Shown: positions 20,841 through 30,797 of the stretch, in pieces
How the letters are laid out: the number at the start of each line of letters is the position of its first letter
How positions within the stretch are numbered: the stretch's first letter is position 1
From: an uncultured delta proteobacterium
GTDB lineage: Bacteria > Myxococcota > Myxococcia > Myxococcales > Myxococcaceae
DNA length: 64,000 bases
NCBI GenBank assembly: GCA_963771175.1
Contig: CAVYSY010000026.1
Location: 224,001-288,000, forward strand
Direction: 5' to 3'
Notes under the pieces: model-generated
Told to the model about the DNA's origin: nothing
Databases searched by the model: none
What the model saw: only the letters and a program-made list of their open reading frames with translations
Translations under genes and position numbers: made by a program

Positions 20841-23453
20841 ATGCCAACGCATGAACCCCCTGGCGCAGCACCCTCTCCAGCCTCGACTTCCGTAACCGGA
20901 GGCATGCCGCCACGTGCGCAGCCTCCGGAATCCAAGGCCTGGGTCTGGAGACTCCACCGCTTCGTGGGCTCTCCGCTCGGGCGCTACGGCTTTGCCCTCC
21001 TGAGCACCGCACTGGCGCTGCTCATCCAGAAAGCCCTCGGACATTTCGTCTACCCCACGCCGTTCCTGATGTTCTTCGGCGCGGTGATGCTGTCGAGCTG
21101 GTGGGGAGGATGGGGACCTGGCCTGGTGTCCATCGCGCTGTCCCTGCTGGCTGTCGACTACTACTTCATCCCGCCCTTCAACTCGTTCAAGCTCCAGGCG
21201 GGCAGCGCCCTGTTGCTCGGCCTCTTCAGCGCAATCAGCGGCGTCATGATCCGGTTGAACGCGGCGCGGAGGCGGACGAGCGCCGAGCGGGCCGAGATGC
21301 TGGAGCGCGAGCGCCAGGCCCGGCGCGAGACGGAGACCGAGCGGGCCCGCCTGTACAATCTGCTCATGCAGGCCCCTTCCTTCGTGGCGCTGTTCCGAGG
21401 GCCGAAGCACGTCTACATCCTGTCCAACCCCCCGAACGACGAGCTGCTGGGCCACAAGCAGGTGCTGGGCAAAGCGGCCCTCGAGGCCGTGCCCGAGGCG
21501 AGGGAGCAAGGGCTCATTGCTCTCCTCGATCGCGTGTACGAGACCGGCAAGTCCTTCTCGGCCAAGGAGGTGCACCAGATGTTCCTCCGGCCCGACGGCT
21601 CGCAGCGGGAGTATTTCATCAACCTCGTCTATCAGCCCACCCGGGATGCCCAGGGCCAGATCGACGGTGTGGCCGCCTTTGGTTTCGACGTCACGGACTT
21701 CGTCCATGCGCGCCAGAAGGAGGAGGCGCTGACCGCCGAGCTCAAGCGCACCGAGGAGCGCTACCGGACCTTCGTCAACCAGAGCACCGAGGGAATCTTC
21801 CGCGTCGACCCCAGCCGCCCCATCCCCGTCACCCTACCCGTGGAGGAGCAGGTCCAGCGCATATTCCGCGACGCCTACATCGTGGAGTGCAACGACGCCA
21901 TGGCCCGGATGTACGGCTTCGACAGCGCGGCGGCGTTCCTGGGCGCCCGGATGGACCAGTTCATCGCGCAGGAAGACATCCACAACCTCGAGACCATGCG
22001 GGCCTTCATCCAGAACGGCTATCGGAGCGTGAACATGGAGTCCCATGAGAAGGCCCGTGGTGGCACTCCCAGGATCTTCCTCAACAACCTGGTGGGGATC
22101 ATCGAGCACGGTCACTTCCTCGGGATCTGGGGCACCCAGCGGGACGTAACGGAGCAGCGCCACGCCGAGGAGGAGCTCAAGCGCGCGGAGTCGAACGCGC
22201 GGTTCCTCTCCGAGGCGAGCGCCGTGTTGGCCTCTTCCCTGGACTACGAATCCACCTTGCGAAACGTGGCCCGGCTCGCCGTCCCCACGCTCGCGGACTG
22301 GTGCCTGGTGGACCTGGCCCAGCCGGACGGGACACTCAAGCGGGTGGAGACCGTGAGTTCCTCGCCCGAGGATGCAGGGATCGCGCTGCAATCCCAGCAC
22401 ATGGGGGGCATCCCGGAGAATCACCCCGGGTCCCCGGTGGTGCAGGCGCTCCTTCGTGGGCAGCCGGTCCTCATCGAGCGAGTCACTCCCGAGCACATCC
22501 AGGAGCTCGCGCGGGGCGAGGAGCATGCGCGGCTGTTGTCCACCCTCCAGCCGGTCTCGTTCATCTCGGTGCCGTTGATGGTACGAGGCCGCGCACTCGG
22601 GGTGCTCAGCTTCTTCACCTCGCGCTCCGGCCGGCGCTACACGGAGACCGCGGTGACGCTGCTGGAGGAGCTCGCGCGGCGCGCGGCCCTCTCGGTCGAG
22701 AACGCGCGGCTCTACCGGGAGGCCCAGGAAGCCATCCACCTGCGCGACGAGTTCCTCTCCATCGCCAGCCACGAGCTGAAGACGCCTCTCACCCCGCTGA
22801 GCCTGAGACTGCAGATGCTCGCGCGAGAGGCGCGGCAGCAGCCCGAGTCCCCCTTCCGGAACGCCGTGGAGGACTACATCGCCGTCGGCTCCCGGCAGGT
22901 GAAGAGGCTGTCCGAGCTCGTGAGCGACCTGCTCGACGTGGCCCGGATCGTCGGCGGGCGGCTCCGCCTGGAGTTCGAGGAGGTGGATCTGTCCACGCTC
23001 GCGCGGGAAGTCATCGCACGCTACGAGCCCGAGGCGGCGCGGGCCGGCTCGACGCTCGTGCTGGCGGCCCAGGAGTCCGTGGTCGGGCACTGGGACCGGC
23101 TCCGCCTGGAGCAGGTCCTCACCAACCTGGTCGACAACGCCATCAAGTACGGAGCGGGAAGGCCCATCCACGTCCAGCTCGAGGCGGACGCCAGCCGAGC
23201 TCTCCTGCGCGTGAGGGATGAGGGCATCGGCATCGCGCCAAAACACCTGTCGCGCATCTTCGAGCGCTTCGAGCGCGCCGTGTCCGATCGTCACTATGGA
23301 GGCCTGGGCCTCGGCCTCTACATTTCCCGCACCATCGTGGAGGCGATGGGTGGGAGCATCCAGGCCGAGAGTCAGCCCGGCCAGGGTGCCACGTTCACGG
23401 TGGTGCTCCCCCGGGCGCCGCGTGAGGCTCCTGCTGTGGGCCCCTCGGCCTGA
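20841..23453 (+). CDS. Sensor histidine kinase (DUF4118 TM - PAS - PAS - GAF - HisKA - HATPase)
   Basis: FLSIASHELKTPL, NLVDNAIKY, DEGIGI, GLGLGL; no adjacent response regulator. Confidence 0.93.
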   Translation: MPTHEPPGAAPSPASTSVTGGMPPRAQPPESKAWVWRLHRFVGSPLGRYGFALLSTALALLIQKALGHFVYPTPFLMFFGAVMLSSWWGGWGPGLVSIALSLLAVDYYFIPPFNSFKLQAGSALLLGLFSAISGVMIRLNAARRRTSAERAEMLERERQARRETETERARLYNLLMQAPSFVALFRGPKHVYILSNPPNDELLGHKQVLGKAALEAVPEAREQGLIALLDRVYETGKSFSAKEVHQMFLRPDGSQREYFINLVYQPTRDAQGQIDGVAAFGFDVTDFVHARQKEEALTAELKRTEERYRTFVNQSTEGIFRVDPSRPIPVTLPVEEQVQRIFRDAYIVECNDAMARMYGFDSAAAFLGARMDQFIAQEDIHNLETMRAFIQNGYRSVNMESHEKARGGTPRIFLNNLVGIIEHGHFLGIWGTQRDVTEQRHAEEELKRAESNARFLSEASAVLASSLDYESTLRNVARLAVPTLADWCLVDLAQPDGTLKRVETVSSSPEDAGIALQSQHMGGIPENHPGSPVVQALLRGQPVLIERVTPEHIQELARGEEHARLLSTLQPVSFISVPLMVRGRALGVLSFFTSRSGRRYTETAVTLLEELARRAALSVENARLYREAQEAIHLRDEFLSIASHELKTPLTPLSLRLQMLAREARQQPESPFRNAVEDYIAVGSRQVKRLSELVSDLLDVARIVGGRLRLEFEEVDLSTLAREVIARYEPEAARAGSTLVLAAQESVVGHWDRLRLEQVLTNLVDNAIKYGAGRPIHVQLEADASRALLRVRDEGIGIAPKHLSRIFERFERAVSDRHYGGLGLGLYISRTIVEAMGGSIQAESQPGQGATFTVVLPRAPREAPAVGPSA

Positions 23454-23599
23454 TGGCGGCGAGGGCTCGGAGGAGGCCTCAATTCCTCCCACGCTCTCAG
23501 CGCCCCATCTGTCCGCTATATGACACTCCAGGATTTTCCGCTCAAGCTTGATTTTCTCGACCTCGACAACCTTCTCCCGAGGGTGAGCTGGCCCAGCGC

Positions 23600-23680
23600 A
23601 ATGAAACCATTTACATCCGAATGTGTATGGTCCAGCGCATGAGCCGCGAATGAAACCATTTACTTCCGAATGTATAATGG
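23600..23680 (+). promoter_or_regulatory. Tandemly duplicated ~31-bp promoter element upstream of the M4 peptidase
   Basis: AATGAAACCATTTAC(A/T)TCCGAATGT at 23600 and 23649; second copy gives ATGAAA-N17-TATAAT. Confidence 0.7.
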
Positions 23681-23699
23681 CGCGGCGTAGAAGCCGCCC

Positions 23700-26600
23700 A
23701 TGAAAAAATCATGGCTGTCCATTGCCCCCGTTCCCCTTCTGCTGCTCACCTCCTGCTCGCCGAGCGCGCCCGACACCGAGCTTTCACAGACGGCTGAGAG
23801 CCGTCTCGACTCCCAGCTCGTGCGGTCATCGCTCCAGCGGCTGAAAGACATGCGCACGGAGTTGGGCCTCACCGCGGAGCACTCGTTCCAGCCCCGTGCC
23901 CAGCACCAGGACTCGCTCGGGCAGTCTCACGTCCGCTTCAATCAGTACTACCGCGGCGTGCGAGTCTGGGGCAGCGAGGTCATCACCCACACCGGCACCA
24001 ACGGAGAGTCATTGGCTCCGACCACCGCGCTGAGGCAGGGGATCCGGGTCGACGTGGTGCCCTCGCTCTCGGCCACCGAGACGGCGAACCTCGTCAAGGC
24101 GATGCTCGCACCGGCCCAGGGATTCGCGAGCGAGCCCCTCGTCGACATCGAACTCGTCGTCTACCCCAAGACGGTGAGCCACGTGCTCCCCAACCGCGCC
24201 CACCTTGCCCAGGCGAAGCTGAACGCACTCGACTTCGTCACTGAGGTTGAGAGCTACCATCTCGCCTACCACGTCCACACCGAGCTCGAGAACCCCGGTG
24301 ACACGCGGCACACGGACCTGATCATCGACGCTCACACGGGCAGCGTCCTCGAGCAATGGAACAGCCTTCAGACTGGGGCTGCCGTCGGCACGGGCAACAG
24401 CTACTACAGCGGCACGGTGCAAATCACCACCGACAGCATCGCGGGCGGCTACCAGATTCGGGACCTGACCCGGCCCGCGAGCGGCGCCAACGTTATCTAC
24501 GACCTCAACCACCAGACCTCTGGGTTCGGGTCCCTGTATCAAGACGTCGACAACGTCTGGGGCGACGGCGCCAACTACAAGGAAGACCCCGAGCCGACGA
24601 CCTCTCCCAACGGGCAGACCGCGGCGGTGGACGCGGCCTATGGGCTTCAGTCGACCTGGGACATGTACAAGAACGTCTTCGGGCGCTACGGCATCGACGG
24701 GCTCGGCACCGCCACCTACGCGCGCGTCCACTACGACTACGCTTTCGACAACGCCTTCTTCTCCGACAACTGCAAGTGCATCACCTATGGAGATGGGACC
24801 AAACTCCAGACGTTGACGTCTCTCGACGTGGCGGCGCACGAGTTCTCCCACGGGGTCACGAGCGCAACCGCTCGCCTCATCTACTCCAAGGAATCCGGTG
24901 GCCTGAACGAGTCCAACTCCGACATCTTCGGAGCGCTCACCGAGTTCTACATGCGGGGCGCCAACGGCCAGGGCAGCGTCATCCCGGACACCGGCGGAAC
25001 GTGGACGCAAGGTGAGCAGATCACGACTGCCGCTTACCCCCTGAAGATGCGCTTCCTCTACAAGCCCAGCAAGGACGGCAAGAGCGCCGACGCCTGGAGT
25101 CCGACCCTGAAGGATCTGGACGTCCACTACAGCTCGGGGCCGATGAACCGCGCCTTCTACTTCCTGAGCCAGGGCGCGACCACCACGGGGGACACCTCCA
25201 CGACCTACCTGCCGGAGGGAATGACTGGCATCGGAAACCAGAAGGCCGCCCAGATCTGGTATCGAGCCCTGACCACCTACATGACGCCGTCCACGGACTA
25301 CGCCGCCGTCCGGATTGCGTGCATCCAGGCCGTGCGCGACCTCTTCCCCGTGTCGGGACCCGAGGAGATCGCCGTGTGGAACGCCTTTGCCGGAATCAAC
25401 GTCGGCGGCCCGTGGGCCGGGCCCGACGCGGCGCCCACGGCCACCGTGAGCCAGACGGGCGAGAGCGGGACACTCACCTTCAGCGCCACGGCGAGCGACG
25501 ACAAGGGCGTGGCCAGGGTCGACTTCTTGCTCGACGGCTTGCTGGTCGGGTCGACCACCGCGGCTCCCTACTCCATGGCCTACGACTCCACCCTCCAGGA
25601 CGACGGCATCCACACGCTGGTAGCGCGCGCCACCGACACCGTGGGCCTGTTCACGGACGCGACGATGACCTTCACGATCGCCAACGGGCAGCTGCTCAAG
25701 AACGGCAGCTTCGAGAAGGGATACGGCGTGGGTTGGTCGAACACCAATGGCATGCAGATCGGCGCCATCCTCAACACGCCCTGCTACAACGGGCTCAAGT
25801 GCGCGAAGTTCAATGGCTTGGGCGAGGCGAAGAGCGTCTCCCTCTTCCAGACCGTGAGCGTCCCGGCGACGGCGACGTCCGTGACCCTGAGCTTCGCGCT
25901 GCAGGTGCAAACGCAGGAAACGTCGAGCTTCGCCCGGGACACCTTCGTCGTAGAGATCCGCGACACCGCCGGAGCGCTCCTGGGAACCGTGGCGAGCTAC
26001 AGCAACCTGAACGCGGGGGCGGGCTACACCGTCTATAATTTCGACCTCTCCGCCTACAAGGGACAGACGGTCCAGCTCTACTTCACCGGGACCGAGGACG
26101 CCGCGATCTCCACGGGGTTCCTCCTCGACCGGGTGAGGTTCTACGCGACCGGAACGGGCCCCGCGGACACCACGGCGCCGACGGTCAGCGTGACGGAGAG
26201 CGGCACCAGCGGCACCATCACGTTCTCCGCGACGGCCTCCGACGACGTGGGGGTGTCCAGGGTCGAGTTCCTCGTTGACGGAGTGCTCGCTGGGTCGGAT
26301 ACGACCGCGCCTTACTCCGTGACCATGGACTCGCTGACCCTGACCAACGGCAGCCACACGCTCGTCGGCAAGGCCTACGACGCCGCGGGCAACGTCGGCA
26401 CCTCGACCTCCGTGCCCTTCTCGGTGAGCAACACGGGGGGCGGGGACACAGAGGCCCCGGTCGTCTCCGCGAGCGAGACCGGCACGAGCGGCGTCATCAC
26501 GTTCAGCGCCACCGCCACCGACAACGTCGGCATCACCCGCGTGGAGTTCCAGGTGGACGGCGTGCTCAAGGGGAGCGACACGACGTCGCCCTACTCGATG

Positions 26601-27077
26601 ACCCTCGACTCCACCACGCTGACGAACGGCAGCCACACCCTGGTGGCCCTGGCCTACGACGCCGCCGGCAACGTCGGCACCTCGACCTCCGTTGCCTTCT
26701 CGGTGAGCAATACCGTCTCCACGACATTCAACGAGGTAGAGAGCAACGGCACCACGTCCACGGCCAATGCCGTCGCGGACGCCGTCACGAAGATCGTGGG
26801 CTTCATCGGCACGTCCACGGATCAGGACTACTTCCGAATCACCGTCCCCGCGGGACGCACCCTGACGATCAACATGACCGGCCCGGCGAGGGATTACGAT
26901 CTCTACCTGCTGAACACCAGCGGCGGCACGCTGCGAAGCAGCGCCAACTCGGGATCCACCGAGTCGGTGACCTACACGAACTCGCTCACGACGACGGCCA
27001 CCTATTACATCAAGGTGGTCGGGTTCGGAGGAGCGTTTGACACCGTCAATGTCTACAACCTGAACCTCACCCGCTGA
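23700..27077 (+). CDS. M4 (thermolysin) family metallopeptidase lipoprotein with Ig-like and PPC domains
   Basis: Lipobox LLLTSC, FTP/PepSY propeptide, AAHEFSHG, GGLNESNSD, DVHYSSG, three ATASDD/ATATDN Ig repeats, C-terminal EVESNGT...DQDYF...DYDLYL. Confidence 0.95.
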   Translation: MKKSWLSIAPVPLLLLTSCSPSAPDTELSQTAESRLDSQLVRSSLQRLKDMRTELGLTAEHSFQPRAQHQDSLGQSHVRFNQYYRGVRVWGSEVITHTGTNGESLAPTTALRQGIRVDVVPSLSATETANLVKAMLAPAQGFASEPLVDIELVVYPKTVSHVLPNRAHLAQAKLNALDFVTEVESYHLAYHVHTELENPGDTRHTDLIIDAHTGSVLEQWNSLQTGAAVGTGNSYYSGTVQITTDSIAGGYQIRDLTRPASGANVIYDLNHQTSGFGSLYQDVDNVWGDGANYKEDPEPTTSPNGQTAAVDAAYGLQSTWDMYKNVFGRYGIDGLGTATYARVHYDYAFDNAFFSDNCKCITYGDGTKLQTLTSLDVAAHEFSHGVTSATARLIYSKESGGLNESNSDIFGALTEFYMRGANGQGSVIPDTGGTWTQGEQITTAAYPLKMRFLYKPSKDGKSADAWSPTLKDLDVHYSSGPMNRAFYFLSQGATTTGDTSTTYLPEGMTGIGNQKAAQIWYRALTTYMTPSTDYAAVRIACIQAVRDLFPVSGPEEIAVWNAFAGINVGGPWAGPDAAPTATVSQTGESGTLTFSATASDDKGVARVDFLLDGLLVGSTTAAPYSMAYDSTLQDDGIHTLVARATDTVGLFTDATMTFTIANGQLLKNGSFEKGYGVGWSNTNGMQIGAILNTPCYNGLKCAKFNGLGEAKSVSLFQTVSVPATATSVTLSFALQVQTQETSSFARDTFVVEIRDTAGALLGTVASYSNLNAGAGYTVYNFDLSAYKGQTVQLYFTGTEDAAISTGFLLDRVRFYATGTGPADTTAPTVSVTESGTSGTITFSATASDDVGVSRVEFLVDGVLAGSDTTAPYSVTMDSLTLTNGSHTLVGKAYDAAGNVGTSTSVPFSVSNTGGGDTEAPVVSASETGTSGVITFSATATDNVGITRVEFQVDGVLKGSDTTSPYSMTLDSTTLTNGSHTLVALAYDAAGNVGTSTSVAFSVSNTVSTTFNEVESNGTTSTANAVADAVTKIVGFIGTSTDQDYFRITVPAGRTLTINMTGPARDYDLYLLNTSGGTLRSSANSGSTESVTYTNSLTTTATYYIKVVGFGGAFDTVNVYNLNLTR
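26165..26710 (+). repeat. Internal duplication of an Ig-like domain, 279-nt period
   Basis: GGCCTACGACGCCGC(G/C)GGCAACGTCGGCACCTCGACCTCCGT at both 26372 and 26651. Confidence 0.85.
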
Positions 27078-27091
27078 TTGGAGTTCGCAGC

Positions 27092-27120
27092 CCTCTCCCC
27101 CAGCGAAGTCGGGGGAGAGG
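27092..27120 (+). terminator. Hairpin after the M4 peptidase gene
   Basis: CCTCTCCCCC-N9-GGGGGAGAGG, 10-bp perfect stem. Confidence 0.55.
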
Positions 27121-27327
27121 CCTCATCCCTCCGCGGCAAAACAAACGTTTTGTTTGAAATGTTCTGGGCGATAAGCCATGTGACAAAGAATTTTGAATTT
27201 GCTTGACGCCCTGTGTTGTCCGCGCCTATTGCCCTCGCCCTCAAATGCCTGATTGTCATGAAAAATAGGCATTGCAAGGTTTTTCCCAGAGCCTCGCGAC
27301 GACGAGGCTTTCGCGCCCGGAGGGCGC

Positions 27328-29418
27328 ATGGAGAGGAGCAACATGGTTCGGAGAGGTAATGCAGTGCGGCTCGCGGCGCTGGTGCTGACGGTGCTCGGAG
27401 CTGGGCGCGCCAACGCCTATTACGCCCAGTCCTCGGTTGCGTATGACGCGGCCTCGGCGCCCACCCTGCTCTCGACGGTGTCTGGCTGTGACGACTGCTC
27501 GCAGGTGGTGAGCCTGCCGTTTACGTTCCCGTTCTACGGGAAGACGTTCACCCAGGTGACGGTGTCCAGCAACGGCTACCTGGTGATGGGCAACACGACG
27601 GCCGCTGCCTACGCCAACACGCAGCTGGCGTGGGAGGGCACGAGCTCGGCCCCGGCGGGACTTCTCTCTCCCATGTGGGACGACTGGAGCCCGGAGGCGG
27701 GCGGAGACGTGTACGCGGGCGCGGTGGGCTCGGCCTACGTGGTGGAGTGGCGCAACCTCCGCCGCTATGGCCAGTCCAGCGGCAGCGGCTACACCTTCAA
27801 GGTCAAGCTCTTCAGCGACGGCACCTTCGAGTTCCACTATGGCAACACCATCGGCGGAGTCTCGACTGCCGACAACGGAGCCCTGGCCACCTCCGGCTAT
27901 CAGGAGGGAGTGGACACCATCGGCCACCCGCTGAGCTACAAGCAGGCGGTGCTCACCAGCTCCACGGCGAAGCGCTTCACCCGCCCGGGTGCGACGGCCC
28001 TCTACGTCAACGTGAAGGACGGCCTCTACAACCAGCCCCGCGTGGGCCTGAGCTACACGGTGCCCTACCAGTGCACCTCGGGGAGCACCCCCGTCTCCGG
28101 CGCGCTCTCGATGGTGAGCACCAGCTCGGCCGCCAATGCGGGGTGGAACCTGGTGGCGGCCTCTCCCGCGTGCACCGGCCTCACGGTCGGCACCACCACC
28201 TTCAACGGAGACACGAACGGCTACAGCGTGTCCTCCTACCCGCTCATGGGCGCTGCCGTGGATCGCGCCAGTGGCACCTACCGCTTCATCCGGCGCGCGG
28301 ACCTCACCCCGAGGCAGACCTCGCAGAGCGCCTTCACCGTTACCTATGGCGGCACCACCAGCCACCGCGCGGTGCTGGACTACTGGGTGAGCGGCGCCTT
28401 CGACAAGCCGCTGGTCATCATCACCGGCTTCGACCCGCTCAATGAGGACAGCACCGCCAGCTACCTCATGCTCATGGGAGAGATGGTGCGCACCCTGCAG
28501 AGCGAGGGCTACGACATCGCCATCGGCAAGCATGGGGATGGCAACCAGCGGCTCGGGTGGTTCCGCGGCGAAGTGGCGGCGTGGATCGATGATGCGGCCA
28601 ACAGGCTGCCGGCGGGCGGCAAGGTGCAGGTGGCTGGCATCAGCCAGGGCGGTATCGTGCTGCGTGACACCCTGTCCAACAACACCAATGGCGTGCTCAG
28701 CCGGGTGAAGGCCTGGTACTCCATTGACGCCCCGCAGCTCGGCGCCAACCTGGGCAGTGCGACCCGAGGCATCCAGAACCTGGTGCTCTGCAACAAGCCG
28801 GAGTGGGACCCGGCTCGCAAGAAGCTCACCTCGGCCTCGGCGCAAGACCTCGTCTACACCATGGCCACCACCTGCACGTGCGAGACCGAACCGGAGAACT
28901 CCACCTGCGGCAGCTCGTCCGCCAGCCACGACGCGTACTACGGAGCCATTGGCTGGCCCACCTCCGCCGTGCCGCGCTACGCCCTGGCCTTCAGCGATGC
29001 CAACCCCACCGGTGGGTACTCGACGAACGGCAGCAGCACCAGCCTGTATGACTTCTACTATACGGGATGGTTCTGCTCGGAGGACCAGGACTGGAAGCCG
29101 GGTCAGCGCGACTGCGTGGCGGGCTCGCGCAGCATCTCCGCCGCGGATGTAAACACGGACGCGGACGCGTCGCTGTGCGGCACCTTCCAGCTGCGCCTCA
29201 ACTTCGAGCCGGCCTTCATCAACGCCGACTCGGCGCTGGCCGTCACCGGCAACACCCTCTCCACCGAGACGACGAGCGCGAGCTGCGCGGTGAACTACAG
29301 CTCGCTCTCCCCCACGCAGTGGAAGGGCTGGGCCAGCAATACCTACAACGAGAAGCACCAGGTGCTCACCTCCACGCTCGCCAACCAGCTGATGACCTGG
29401 GTGCGTGCGGAGCAGTAG
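27328..29418 (+). CDS. Secreted protein: nidogen-like N-terminal domain + alpha/beta-hydrolase (lipase/PGAP1-like) + Cys-rich tail
   Basis: Signal peptide; LPFTFPFYG...VSSNGYL...PMWDDW; KPLVIITGFDP, GISQGG nucleophile elbow, SIDAPQLGAN. Alternative start at 27343. Confidence 0.75.
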   Translation: MERSNMVRRGNAVRLAALVLTVLGAGRANAYYAQSSVAYDAASAPTLLSTVSGCDDCSQVVSLPFTFPFYGKTFTQVTVSSNGYLVMGNTTAAAYANTQLAWEGTSSAPAGLLSPMWDDWSPEAGGDVYAGAVGSAYVVEWRNLRRYGQSSGSGYTFKVKLFSDGTFEFHYGNTIGGVSTADNGALATSGYQEGVDTIGHPLSYKQAVLTSSTAKRFTRPGATALYVNVKDGLYNQPRVGLSYTVPYQCTSGSTPVSGALSMVSTSSAANAGWNLVAASPACTGLTVGTTTFNGDTNGYSVSSYPLMGAAVDRASGTYRFIRRADLTPRQTSQSAFTVTYGGTTSHRAVLDYWVSGAFDKPLVIITGFDPLNEDSTASYLMLMGEMVRTLQSEGYDIAIGKHGDGNQRLGWFRGEVAAWIDDAANRLPAGGKVQVAGISQGGIVLRDTLSNNTNGVLSRVKAWYSIDAPQLGANLGSATRGIQNLVLCNKPEWDPARKKLTSASAQDLVYTMATTCTCETEPENSTCGSSSASHDAYYGAIGWPTSAVPRYALAFSDANPTGGYSTNGSSTSLYDFYYTGWFCSEDQDWKPGQRDCVAGSRSISAADVNTDADASLCGTFQLRLNFEPAFINADSALAVTGNTLSTETTSASCAVNYSSLSPTQWKGWASNTYNEKHQVLTSTLANQLMTWVRAEQ

Positions 29419-29475
29419 GTTGCCAGGAGCCGCGCCCGGGAGCCTTGGGCCCCGGGCGCTCACACAGGAGTGTCA

Positions 29476-30666
29476 ATGAAACCAGCAGCCAGACAACATC
29501 CCAGGTGGGGCCGGTGGTTGGCCGGCCTGGTGCTCGTTGCGGCGCTGGGGGCCGGTACATTCCTGTCACGCGGCGAGGCGCCAGCGCAGCCAGGGCCAGC
29601 TCCCACGGCTCTCTCCCAGGCCGCGCCCGCGCCTCGCCCCGAGCCCGAAACGGGCCTGAAGGTGAGCCGCCTCACCGCCTCGCCATTGGATGTACCGCTG
29701 GGGGGGCGATCGCAGTTGGAGTGTGAGGTGACAGGCGCGCGGGGAGACCCGGCCGCGCTGCGCTACACCTGGGTGGCCACCAAGGGGCGAATCGAAGGCC
29801 AGGGCGGGCCGAGGGTCTCGTGGGTGGCGCCGAAGACGCCGGGGGTGTACCAGGTTGGCGTGCTGGTGGAGGACGGTGAGGCACGAGCGCGGCAGACGGT
29901 GACGCTGCAGGTACACGTCCCCCGCCCCGAGGACGTGCGGGCGCTGCTGCAGGACAAGGACTGGCAGGAGGCACAGCGGCAGGCGCGGGCACGGCAGCAG
30001 GAGGTGGAGGCCCAGCTCACCGCCCTGCGCGAGGTGGTGGCGAAGCGGCAGACGCATGAAGATCGGTTGCGGGGCTTCCTCGCGTTGGAGGACCTGGCGG
30101 CGCTGCTGCTGAGCGAGGGGCGCCACGAGGAGGCGCTGGCGGCGTACGAGGAGCTGCTGGGGAGCGTGCTGGAGACGGAGCCGAAGCGGCGGAAGTACCT
30201 CTCGGGCAAGGCGAGCGCGCTGTTCGCACTCGGGAGGGAGGAAGAGGCGCTGGCGGCCTTCCAGGCGGCGGGGGACTACAACCAGCCGATGTCTTTCTAT
30301 TACGCGGGGCTGTTGCTGGAGGCGCGAGGACGCTCGACCGAGGCGATGGAGCTGTATCGCAAGGCCTCGGAGGCCAACCCCTGGTTCAGTGATCCGCTGC
30401 TGCGCCATGCCGAGCTGCTGTTGCGGCAGGGGCGGTCAGAGGCGGAGGTGGTGGAGCTGTTGGTGGCGGCCTCTCCAAGGTACGGGCGGCAGGCTCTGCT
30501 GGAGCGGCTGGGCACGGATCCGCAGCTCGCGCAACTCAACGAGGCGCTGGAGGCGAGCGGCCGTGCGGGGCAGTTGGAGGAGCAACGTCCCATCGAGCGC
30601 AACCTCCCGGAGCCGCCGCAAGCACCCAAGCCCGGCGAGGACTCCGTGGTGGAGCGGGTGAAGTAA
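29476..30666 (+). CDS. Membrane-anchored Ig/PKD-like + TPR protein
   Basis: AGGAG RBS; N-terminal TM; LRYTWVATKG...WVAPKTPGVYQV; TPR-like helices (GRHEEALAAYEE, LGREEEALAAF). Confidence 0.8.
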   Translation: MKPAARQHPRWGRWLAGLVLVAALGAGTFLSRGEAPAQPGPAPTALSQAAPAPRPEPETGLKVSRLTASPLDVPLGGRSQLECEVTGARGDPAALRYTWVATKGRIEGQGGPRVSWVAPKTPGVYQVGVLVEDGEARARQTVTLQVHVPRPEDVRALLQDKDWQEAQRQARARQQEVEAQLTALREVVAKRQTHEDRLRGFLALEDLAALLLSEGRHEEALAAYEELLGSVLETEPKRRKYLSGKASALFALGREEEALAAFQAAGDYNQPMSFYYAGLLLEARGRSTEAMELYRKASEANPWFSDPLLRHAELLLRQGRSEAEVVELLVAASPRYGRQALLERLGTDPQLAQLNEALEASGRAGQLEEQRPIERNLPEPPQAPKPGEDSVVERVK

Positions 30667-30797
30667 GGGAACTCCCATCCCTGGGTGCGGCCGGCACCTC
30701 TTGGTAACCGCGACAGCTCTCCCGCGTAACAGGGTGCACGAACCAGCGGGAGTGCCTCCATTTCGAGGGCACTCGTTCTCGACTGGTGGGAGAAGAC

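Noticed and set aside
23600..23680. Direct repeat as a mini-CRISPR
   Set aside because: Only two imperfect copies, a spacer under 20 nt, no cas genes; promoter-like content explains it better.
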